32,265 nucleotides of DNA from a virus (taxonomy: Duplodnaviria > Caudoviricetes). The position numbers and the translations under genes were made by a program. Below the pieces are notes generated by a model. The model had not been told where the DNA came from and did not search any database. It worked only from the letters and a program-made list of their open reading frames with translations. The DNA lies in the IMG/VR virus record IMGVR_UViG_3300008005_000048, positions 1 through 32,265 of that record; one strand, given 5' to 3'. Shown in pieces: positions 18,297 through 26,755 of the stretch (position 1 is its first letter; the number at the start of each line of letters is the position of its first letter).

Positions 18297-19078
18297 TGTC
18301 TCTCACAACGGATGAGATGATCCAGATTCAGGTGGACTTGATGAATGACAAGACGCCACGCGTAACGGGTCCCGATGCAGACGCCTATCGCCAGTCACTG
18401 GAAGGCGACATCGCCAAGGCGAAGAAGGAAGGCTGGTCACTGGACGTTCCAAAAGAGTGGCCGGACATGCCGGATGATAAACCTGCCGCGGGTTCCGTTG
18501 GCGATAAGCCACCTGCTCCCGTGTCGGATTCTCAAACGTCTAGCAAGGTCGCTCCTGCTACGACCGGGACGCAAACATCTATTGCACGTGCTGCCTATGA
18601 GCAAGTGAGCGGTGCGCTTGGCGGGGCAGGCACAGTGACGGTGCGTATCAAGGGCGTACCGATGAACAAAAGCCAGAGAACGCACAAGACCGGCGACAGT
18701 GACGTTGCCGTTCGCATCACGGTTGACGACATGGACGCGCTCAAGACTGCAACGCAGCTTGTCAGGCGGAACCTTCGCATTGTAGATGAAGACGACTACA
18801 GTGACGGGCATCCATCGGGGTCCGGATACCGGGCAGTTCATTACACGATAGACGTGGATGGGCAGTCGGTAGAATTGCTGATTCGCACACAGAATCAAAC
18901 GCGGTGGGCGGATTGGGCACATGATGTGATTCAGAATCCATCTCTACGAAACGATCCGGCGGTCTTGAACTATGCCCGGAGGCTGGGCGACCATTTCCAC
19001 GCGAAAGATTCCGGCAAGTATCACATTCCGAAACCTGATTGCCCACCGGCGGTGCAGCAGGCGCAGTTGTGTTTGTGA
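18296..19078 (+). CDS. small acidic N-terminal domain + linker + RelA/SpoT-type small alarmone synthetase domain
   Basis: VRIK...DVAVRIT...DEDDY...SGYRAVHY...VELLIRTQNQTRWADWAHD matches RelA_SpoT synthetase motifs (GYRxxH, ExxIRT, WAxxxH). No hydrolase domain. Confidence 0.8.
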   Translation: MSLTTDEMIQIQVDLMNDKTPRVTGPDADAYRQSLEGDIAKAKKEGWSLDVPKEWPDMPDDKPAAGSVGDKPPAPVSDSQTSSKVAPATTGTQTSIARAAYEQVSGALGGAGTVTVRIKGVPMNKSQRTHKTGDSDVAVRITVDDMDALKTATQLVRRNLRIVDEDDYSDGHPSGSGYRAVHYTIDVDGQSVELLIRTQNQTRWADWAHDVIQNPSLRNDPAVLNYARRLGDHFHAKDSGKYHIPKPDCPPAVQQAQLCL

Positions 19079-19091
19079 AAGGAAAAGCATC

Positions 19092-19385
19092 ATGCAATGG
19101 TTCGTCGTAGTCTACGACAGAGAGACGCGCAAGGCGATTGCGTTTGACGAGTTCCCCGACAGCGAAGATGCGAAGGCAATGGAAGCCTACGGGGGGTATC
19201 TCAAGCAGTATCAGGGCGCTCGGTATGACGTGCAAGTCGGCGCGGCTGAATCCCGCGGGAAGTTTTTGAAGGGACACCCCCGATTCTGTGGTGTGGCAGT
19301 CAAGGTGTCACCTGAATCGAAGGAAGCTCCCGATGAAGCGTATCGGGAACCGGAATCGAACGATAAGGAAATCTCACTGGACTGA
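19092..19385 (+). CDS. putative antitoxin resembling the CapRel C-terminal sensor domain
   Basis: WFVVVYDRETRK...AMEAY..YLK...DVQVGAAESRGKFLKGHPRF follows the CapRel-type pattern (YxLxLD...AY..LEK..DVVLVxAxSxxxLxxAYPNYF, recalled from memory). Starts 13 nt after the synthetase gene. Confidence 0.6.
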   Translation: MQWFVVVYDRETRKAIAFDEFPDSEDAKAMEAYGGYLKQYQGARYDVQVGAAESRGKFLKGHPRFCGVAVKVSPESKEAPDEAYREPESNDKEISLD

Positions 19386-19388
19386 TCC

Positions 19389-22300
19389 ATGCTGAAACTT
19401 GCATTCCCCTTCTTCAAGTCAACCGCTGCTCCCCCCGAGGATGCTCACCGTTGCGCCGCGGGGCATTACCACGCCGTCTGGTTGTCGCAGAACGGTGACA
19501 AGTACGGTATCTGCCCGCATTGTTGGAAGAAGTGGGGATTCTCCGGGTACTTGGCGAAGTCGTTTGGCGAGAGTCCGTTGGATGGGAGGCTGGAAAAAGC
19601 GCACGTCAAGGGCCACTACCGGACGGTCGGCGGGAAGCGGGTCTGGGTGCGGGAACATGAAGACAAGAGGGGGAAGCATACGCAGCCGCATCATTTAGCT
19701 CGTCCGACGCTGACCCCCGGCGAAGACTACGCGCAGAACGGCACGCGGTCGAAGGCGTTCAAGGCGTGGTTTGGGCCGTGGGAAACTGATCCGGAGAAAG
19801 CGTCAAAAGTCGTCAATGAAGACGGAAGCCCGAAGGTCGTTTATCATGGGACACAAGCAGATTTCACGGAGTTTTCGTTTGGAGCCCTACGATCCGCAAC
19901 GAACCATCCGACGACTTATTTAGGGTTTTTCTTCACGGAAGACAGGATTCAGGCGAGAAAGTTTTCAGGGGAGAAATTTATACCGGTGCTTGTTGATGAG
20001 AATGCGCTACTACGGGATATGGGCCTATATGATGCTTGGTTTTCAATGGATGGCCCTTCAGATGAGCAAAGAACAGCGTTCCGGGATGAATATGCGAAAA
20101 GGCAAAAAGTCAGGATCGAGACACCTAAATCGTCTCACACCCTCTCTGTGTATCTCAGAATTAGGAAACCATTTACTCTGACGTTTAAGCAATGGTGCAG
20201 GCATTTCACTGATCCTCTTATTGATGAAACCGAGGAGTCGGATGAAAGAGTGAAGAGCAAGGCTATGCGCCTTCGTCAATGGCTGAAACATCGCGGTTAT
20301 GATGGCATTCATTTTCTTCCTCAGGGCAAGCCAGGGAAAAGGGGAGAAGGAGAATACGCCTATGATACATGGATCGCCTTCTCCCCGACGCAGATAAAGT
20401 CCGCGGACAACGCGGGAACCTTCAGCCCGGACGACGCGGACATACGCAAGTCCTTCCGCCTCGTCTTCCCGCAGTCATCTCCCTTTGACGGTCAGGCGTG
20501 GTCGGCGGAGATGGCGGAATTGCGCAAGGCTGCCAAGAAAGCGAAGAAGCTCGACTTTGGTGAAACGTCCGCCTCCGGCGAGCGGTGGGTAACGGTTCAC
20601 CCCCACGGTGACGACGAGAAGGGAATGCCGGTCCTTCTCCAGCAGAACCCGGACGGCACGTACACGGTCAAAGGCGGGGCAGGCGGCACGCTGAACGGCC
20701 TTCGCATGACCGATGTGAAGACGCACGATGAATACAAGAATGTTGCCCGGCAACGAGCGGTTGAGAAGCGCGAGAAGGCGGAAGTTGAAAAGGAAGCGCG
20801 ATTCTCCAAGTTGTCATTGGAACACGCCAAGAAGGTATCCGCGGAGGCAATGGAAAGCGGAACCCAACTCGACAAGGAGCAGATAGCGAAGATCGCTGCC
20901 AAGCGCGCCCACGAGGAGTTGAAGGAAGAGCGAAAGGCGAAGACGAAGGAGCAGGAGAAGTTGGTCGTTCGCCAAGTGGAGAAGCAGCAGGACAAGATTG
21001 CGGAGATTGCCAAGGCGCAAGGCTGGGAAGGGTACGAATTGTCCGATGAAGCCATTGGGAAGGCGCGCGAGGCTGCGTCCAAGAAGATTCTCAGTGACAA
21101 CCCGGAACTGGCGTTTGACCTGCAACATGGCGATGACAAGGATCAGAAGCAGGCAAAAGCAAAGCTATCCGCGAAGATCGGCAAGGCCGTTGAGCGCGTG
21201 AAGAAGATTCACCATGCCCAACTGTACCGTCGGGCAAAGGAGGTTGAGCGCAATCTGCGGGATACTATTGTCACTGCACATGAAGACATTCAAGCGGACA
21301 CGCTCGGCGACCTGGCTGTTGGCGACCTCGTGCAAAGCACGATGGGGGATACCGGCAAGGGGTTTATCGCCAACCTTCAGGATGAGGCAGAACGTCGAGG
21401 GATGGACATTCCCGCGGCGCATGTTGAGGCAGCGGCGCAAGGGCACCAAAGCCTGATCGAGCGTCATGATGGCGACATGGAAAAGGTCGCACAGTCAGTC
21501 CAGATGATTGACCGATTCCAGCGCGGGGCGCAGCAGTCACGGCAGGCCGTAGCGGAGATTCAGGCGCAACTTGGGGAGATGGGCGAATCTCTGGAAAAGA
21601 TCAAGGGACTGGACACAATGCCCAAAGCGGCGTCCGTCGAAGACGCGGTCAAGGTACTCAGTTCCCTGAAGGCGCATGATGCAGAGTTGAAAGCGATTCG
21701 CAATGCGCTATCTGAAGTAGAAGCCTCGACGATTGATACCCTTCCGAAGGCGGCGGTAGTCGAGGCGGTGGACTTCGATCCTGAGAAGGCGCGCAAGTTA
21801 GTCGCGAATGACCTTGGGGAGTCGCGGCGGCAGCGTTCCATGTCGGCACTCCTGGAAGCATACAACGCACAGGACGCAGCAACACCGATTCGAGAGCATC
21901 GTTTGACCGGACACGTAGCGTACTTGTCCAACGTCTCCCACCTGACGGGAGTCCATGCACCTGACCCCGTGATGATAGACACGCTTGGTGAAAGCGGCAC
22001 GGCTCACGTGATGCGGCGCGCACTGGAGTTGTCCGGGGCGGATATGCAGGGAATTCGTGGTGCGCTGGCAGAGCATCACGTGGCGACACAGGTTGCCATC
22101 GCCGACGCTGCAACGCTCGAAGCAACCGAGTTGTTCAACGCGGCAGACAACGTGGAGATCATGCCGATTGAGTCGGTTGACGAGATGCTGGCCGGGCTGA
22201 CGAAGAATGAGCAAAAATTGGAACTGGTACGGCAAGGCCGGAAGAAATTAGGGCTGGCTCTTGGGCGGCTCGAAGCGGCAGGGGCGCTTAACGAGGCGTT

Positions 22301-25300
22301 GATGGGCAAGAGTGACGGGAAGGAACGACAGGTGTCTCTTGGTGCTGTCGGCATGAAGGATGCCGTTGTCAAAGCTCATGCCCTCGGACTGGGTGAGGCA
22401 GACACGTTTGACGCTAATGGGAACCTCGTCAAGCAAGGTGATTTTCAGGTCTACAATGACGGGAAGAACAAAGTGTTGATCCTGCATCAAGCCGGGCTGG
22501 ATCGCCTTGCCAATAGTGTCATGGAATCGCCGGAACACGCGCAACGGGTGAAGCTATCGAACGCCATTCGTACCGGCCAACACGACGAACAAGGTTGGTT
22601 GCCCAAGGGGTTTTCTCCAAGACCGGAGATTAACGTGTCTGCGGGGGGGAGCTGGAACGTCCCGCATTCTCCGTTGGACGTTGACCTATCCGAGGCGAAG
22701 GGCGCCGATGACATCGCAGAATCCTTGCGGGAATACATCGCAGCGCGCAAGGCTGGCACGGGGCATGAACCCGGCATGATCTGGAAGGAATTGTTGTCTG
22801 CCGAAATGAGAAATGGCACGCCTAAAGGAATGCACCAAGCGTATGACGATGCCCTGGATATGATCGTGCCGCCGTTCAAGCCAAGCAAGGCCGCTAAAAC
22901 GGATCGCTCGTTGCGCGCGATGGAACAGGTGGAGTGGAACAAACAACGCGACGCGACACTTAACTCTTTAGCTGAGAAGTGGATTGACAACAAGGTGTCT
23001 TCGGGTGAAATGACGGCTGACGAGGCGAGTGTCCATAAACAGTCAGTACCGCAGAACTGGCAGATGCGCGACCTGCTTTACCAGTCCGTTTTACAAGACC
23101 CCCGGTTGCAGTACGCTTATATACCGCTTGGGAACCTTGGGGATCGTGGAAGACGGGCTGTGCGTGAGTATGCATTTGAGCATTATTTCCCGAATGAAGA
23201 GCGCAGCCAAGCCGATCCCGTATGGCAAGAAGAACAACTGACGGGTCTTTCCACGGCAACGGACCGAGCGAATAAACTTGGTTCATATCCGGCGTATGTT
23301 CAACACGAGTGGAGCAAATTACTCGCGCAGGGTCTGGACCCATATACCGAAATCCAGAAACATTGGCGGGAGTCATCTGTCACGCCTATCGGCATGTTTG
23401 GTGAAACACCTGAGCCACATGACTTTGCGACGGTAGACCTTAACGATGACGTTGCTCTTATTGCGGCAGCCAAGAAACGTCCCGAAGAACTGAACTATAC
23501 CGAGAAGAAGCGCGTGGACACAGATATAGCATCTGGAACTTACCGCGAGATTGTTCCTAAACTGGAGGTAAGCGATACCCGGTCGGAGAAAACCATTGCA
23601 GATGAAGTGCGGGGGCGTATCAAGGAACGCCTGCGAGATTACGCCTATCGAAATATGATGCACGTGCGCCCCGAAGGCATGGAAAAGCTGACAGGGTATG
23701 ACCCCGACAAGGCCCCACCGGCGAGTGAACGTTGGGCGCGGTATATGTCTGCAATGGGTGGTGGGACCGGCAAAGCCGAAGAGCGTGCTTACCAAACAAT
23801 TCAGGAGAAGATGCAGGGAGAACTTGCTGAACGCTTTGCGAAGGGATTCAAGCAATGGACGGGGCATGACTTCCAAACGGTAGCAGTGCCGTTGAAATAT
23901 TTTGACGCGCACATGAAGGCAACCATGTCTGCCCAAGATTACGAAAAGGCAAAGAAGCTACTTGCTGAAGCGCAGAGTAAAAAGGCAAAGGTGCAAGCAC
24001 GACGCGGAAGCAAGTTTGTGAAGGAACAAGAGGGCGCGCTTGCCCTGAAGATGGACATTGCGGGTCAGGATCAACTAAGTGCCTTTGGAGAAATGGAGGG
24101 AATGCAGGAGGAGCCGGTGAAGGAGGCGCACCGCTTGAGTTTGGGAAGTCAAGCTGAAGGAATGATCGCCGGGATGATGCCGAAGATCAACCTCAAGAAG
24201 GGGACGGTGGCCGCGGGTGACATTGACATGAGCACTGGTGACAACATTTTGCGCCAACGCGCAATCAAGGGCATTGCCGCGATGGGACGGTCGGGATTGA
24301 CGTACGGGACAGGGAGCGGCAAAACTACGATCGCGCTGGGGGCGCATTCGTACCTGAAGTCTACGGGCGCGGTGAAGCGATCTATCATGGCGGTCCCGTC
24401 CGTGGTGCAGGAGCAATTCGGGAGCGAAGGCGCGAGATTTTACGACCCCACCGATCCCAACATGCCAAGTGTGTATGCCGACTCGAAGGGGAGTGCGGCG
24501 GACAGGCGAGCGGCCTACAGTGACCAGTCGGGGCACGATGTGGTTGTGGTCACTCACCAGGCGTTACGGGATGACCTGACTTGGGCGTTGTCGCAACACC
24601 AGTTTGGTGGGGATACGGCACAGGCACAGGAGTTCCTGCGGACGGCGCCGGAACACGAGCGCAATGAAACGATGAAGGATGCTGTCAGCGCGCAAGGTTG
24701 GAACTTCGATATGAGCGTTGTGGACGAAGGGCACAACCTCCTGAACCGCAAGGGGAAAGAGAACTCGATGATGGCGAACGCCATTGACTCCTTCACCCAT
24801 GACAAGAAGTATCACGTCTCTATGAGTGCCGATCCGGTCAAAAACGACGCGAGCGAGGTTTTTGACTTTCTCCACAAGGTGGCCCCCCAACGGTATATGG
24901 CTGAAGATTATCCAGGCGCTGGGCAGCGCGGGGTTGTCACTCGCGGTGAATTCATGCGGAAGTACGCCGTCAACACCCCTGCCGTGCGGGAGGCGCTGTC
25001 TCGTGAAATGGAACCGTATCATCTGACCGGACATATCAAGCCACCAGTGGAACGGCAAGACAAGACACACACCGTCTCGATGACGCCCGACCAGCAGACA
25101 GAATACAACCGCATGTTGAAGATGTACCAGCGGGCACGCGGGGCACGCAAGAAGGGCGAAGTCGATGTGGAGGCAGTGAAGACACTCTCTCCGGGGTCTT
25201 TTGAGAACATTCCCGAGGCAGAGCATGAGGCAATCGCCAAACGCCTTCAGAAGAGTGTCGGGATACTGCGGGATTCCGCACTGGACCGGGTGGTCAATTC

Positions 25301-25907
25301 TCACCCATCGTCGGCAAAGATGGACTGGCTTGACAGCCGACTCAAGGACATGCCAGCAGACAAGCAGCCCACAATCATCTTCTCGCACAGTCTGTCTGCC
25401 GTGTCTGCCATTGCCGACCACCTGAAGAAGCAAGGGGTGCGTGTAGCGGTGTTGCAGGGAAGTATGCGCGGGGACGCGAAAGAAGCGGCCAAGTTGGACT
25501 TTTCCCCTGCCTTCGACTCGAACATCGGGAAATATGTGACGCCACCGAAAGCCGATGTGCTGGTGTCCAGTGACGCGGGGTCAGTGGGGATCAACGCACA
25601 ACGAGCAACGCATGTGATAAATTGGGACACGCCGCACACGTCAATGACCCACGAGCAGCGGGCAGCGAGGGCGCATCGCATAGGCCAGCGTAATGACGTG
25701 GTGGTTGATACCGTAGTCACTGATAGCCCGTATGAGAAGCGTCGGCAGGAACGGCTTGCGCGCAAAGCTGACTTGCGAGAAGCATTGACTCGACCAACGG
25801 CGGAAGTAGACGATTCAGGGTTGGCAGAAACACTGGCAAGGCACGTTGACAAAGAACGGGAAGATTTGGTACAACGGTCGGTAGATGCACTGAGGAAAGC
25901 AGCATAA
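19389..25907 (+). CDS. 2172-aa polyvalent protein: Zn-finger, ART-PolyVal ADP-ribosyltransferase, long helical region, C-terminal SNF2-like helicase
   Basis: FKAWFG..SKVVNEDGSPKVVYHGT...GFFFT...VYLRIRKP...GYDGI...AFSPTQIKSA.N.GTFS is ART-PolyVal-like (~19740-20450). Helicase GTGSGKTT (24306), VDEGH (~24720), SDAGSVGINAQ, HEQRAARAHRIGQ. Confidence 0.88.
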   Translation: MLKLAFPFFKSTAAPPEDAHRCAAGHYHAVWLSQNGDKYGICPHCWKKWGFSGYLAKSFGESPLDGRLEKAHVKGHYRTVGGKRVWVREHEDKRGKHTQPHHLARPTLTPGEDYAQNGTRSKAFKAWFGPWETDPEKASKVVNEDGSPKVVYHGTQADFTEFSFGALRSATNHPTTYLGFFFTEDRIQARKFSGEKFIPVLVDENALLRDMGLYDAWFSMDGPSDEQRTAFRDEYAKRQKVRIETPKSSHTLSVYLRIRKPFTLTFKQWCRHFTDPLIDETEESDERVKSKAMRLRQWLKHRGYDGIHFLPQGKPGKRGEGEYAYDTWIAFSPTQIKSADNAGTFSPDDADIRKSFRLVFPQSSPFDGQAWSAEMAELRKAAKKAKKLDFGETSASGERWVTVHPHGDDEKGMPVLLQQNPDGTYTVKGGAGGTLNGLRMTDVKTHDEYKNVARQRAVEKREKAEVEKEARFSKLSLEHAKKVSAEAMESGTQLDKEQIAKIAAKRAHEELKEERKAKTKEQEKLVVRQVEKQQDKIAEIAKAQGWEGYELSDEAIGKAREAASKKILSDNPELAFDLQHGDDKDQKQAKAKLSAKIGKAVERVKKIHHAQLYRRAKEVERNLRDTIVTAHEDIQADTLGDLAVGDLVQSTMGDTGKGFIANLQDEAERRGMDIPAAHVEAAAQGHQSLIERHDGDMEKVAQSVQMIDRFQRGAQQSRQAVAEIQAQLGEMGESLEKIKGLDTMPKAASVEDAVKVLSSLKAHDAELKAIRNALSEVEASTIDTLPKAAVVEAVDFDPEKARKLVANDLGESRRQRSMSALLEAYNAQDAATPIREHRLTGHVAYLSNVSHLTGVHAPDPVMIDTLGESGTAHVMRRALELSGADMQGIRGALAEHHVATQVAIADAATLEATELFNAADNVEIMPIESVDEMLAGLTKNEQKLELVRQGRKKLGLALGRLEAAGALNEALMGKSDGKERQVSLGAVGMKDAVVKAHALGLGEADTFDANGNLVKQGDFQVYNDGKNKVLILHQAGLDRLANSVMESPEHAQRVKLSNAIRTGQHDEQGWLPKGFSPRPEINVSAGGSWNVPHSPLDVDLSEAKGADDIAESLREYIAARKAGTGHEPGMIWKELLSAEMRNGTPKGMHQAYDDALDMIVPPFKPSKAAKTDRSLRAMEQVEWNKQRDATLNSLAEKWIDNKVSSGEMTADEASVHKQSVPQNWQMRDLLYQSVLQDPRLQYAYIPLGNLGDRGRRAVREYAFEHYFPNEERSQADPVWQEEQLTGLSTATDRANKLGSYPAYVQHEWSKLLAQGLDPYTEIQKHWRESSVTPIGMFGETPEPHDFATVDLNDDVALIAAAKKRPEELNYTEKKRVDTDIASGTYREIVPKLEVSDTRSEKTIADEVRGRIKERLRDYAYRNMMHVRPEGMEKLTGYDPDKAPPASERWARYMSAMGGGTGKAEERAYQTIQEKMQGELAERFAKGFKQWTGHDFQTVAVPLKYFDAHMKATMSAQDYEKAKKLLAEAQSKKAKVQARRGSKFVKEQEGALALKMDIAGQDQLSAFGEMEGMQEEPVKEAHRLSLGSQAEGMIAGMMPKINLKKGTVAAGDIDMSTGDNILRQRAIKGIAAMGRSGLTYGTGSGKTTIALGAHSYLKSTGAVKRSIMAVPSVVQEQFGSEGARFYDPTDPNMPSVYADSKGSAADRRAAYSDQSGHDVVVVTHQALRDDLTWALSQHQFGGDTAQAQEFLRTAPEHERNETMKDAVSAQGWNFDMSVVDEGHNLLNRKGKENSMMANAIDSFTHDKKYHVSMSADPVKNDASEVFDFLHKVAPQRYMAEDYPGAGQRGVVTRGEFMRKYAVNTPAVREALSREMEPYHLTGHIKPPVERQDKTHTVSMTPDQQTEYNRMLKMYQRARGARKKGEVDVEAVKTLSPGSFENIPEAEHEAIAKRLQKSVGILRDSALDRVVNSHPSSAKMDWLDSRLKDMPADKQPTIIFSHSLSAVSAIADHLKKQGVRVAVLQGSMRGDAKEAAKLDFSPAFDSNIGKYVTPPKADVLVSSDAGSVGINAQRATHVINWDTPHTSMTHEQRAARAHRIGQRNDVVVDTVVTDSPYEKRRQERLARKADLREALTRPTAEVDDSGLAETLARHVDKEREDLVQRSVDALRKAA

Positions 25908-25917
25908 GAGGGTAATT

Positions 25918-26475
25918 ATGTCAGAACATGTAGGGAAGCAGATTGCGGACGGGATTCGGGAGCTTGCGAAAGCCGCCGGGCAGTACCATCTCGAAGGAGG
26001 GAGAGGGAGCAGCCACAAGGGGGCGAAAAGAATAATCGGGGTAACGTCATCGGGAAAGCTAATACCACATCCTTCTGAGGCACATTACAGAGTTCAGCTT
26101 CCTGACAATGGAACAACCAAGCCTGCCACCGAACATGCACAGAAGTACTTTCCGGGATGGACAAGCCGAGACCACGATGAGGCTGAGTCGCTCCATGGCG
26201 AGCATCGCAAGAAGCTAATGGACGATTGGGATAACATGCGGCGCACTGACGCAACGCCAAACGCGTCCCTCAAGGAGAAAAACCCTGCTCTGTTTGATTC
26301 TTTGCACGGCATAAGCAAGCGCATCGAAGAACATGAATCGGCCCGAAGGCTGCACGGACAGATGGGAGCATCCGCGAAGTTTGCGGAGATGGCGCGAGAT
26401 TATGAAGCAGATGCGGAATCATCTGTGCGTCAGCACGGCCATAAAAAGGCACGGGAATTGGGATGGGAAGTATGA
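25918..26475 (+). CDS. His-rich putative internal head protein carrying the HLEGG tag
   Basis: RBS AGAGGG. ELAKA then YHLEGGRGSSHKG, the tag shared with other cargo ORFs. Also IGVTSSGKLI and WTSRDHDEAESLH segments. Confidence 0.75.
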   Translation: MSEHVGKQIADGIRELAKAAGQYHLEGGRGSSHKGAKRIIGVTSSGKLIPHPSEAHYRVQLPDNGTTKPATEHAQKYFPGWTSRDHDEAESLHGEHRKKLMDDWDNMRRTDATPNASLKEKNPALFDSLHGISKRIEEHESARRLHGQMGASAKFAEMARDYEADAESSVRQHGHKKARELGWEV

Positions 26476-26753
26476 CGGCAGGCAAGCAACGACTTCTTGA
26501 CACTCTCCGCGACAGTGAAACTCACCGCGCGTCTATCATTGCGACGGCGCGCGGGTTACAGCAATCCGCGTTGTCCATGCAGGACAAACTCAATGCCGCG
26601 CTTCCCGACTTGGCGCGCGTTGCCGAGTCGGCAGAAGAAGAAGATCGACAGCGCGCTTACTCCGAGTACTTTGGGGCGCGGCAGAACCTGCACCGATGTG
26701 AACAAGCCTACCAGCGCGCACGGCGACAGGAGGCGATTGCGGAGGCGATGTAG
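26472..26753 (+). CDS. hypothetical coiled-coil protein (93 aa)
   Basis: ATGA coupling at 26472; all-helical composition. Confidence 0.65.
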   Translation: MTAGKQRLLDTLRDSETHRASIIATARGLQQSALSMQDKLNAALPDLARVAESAEEEDRQRAYSEYFGARQNLHRCEQAYQRARRQEAIAEAM

Positions 26754-26755
26754 TC

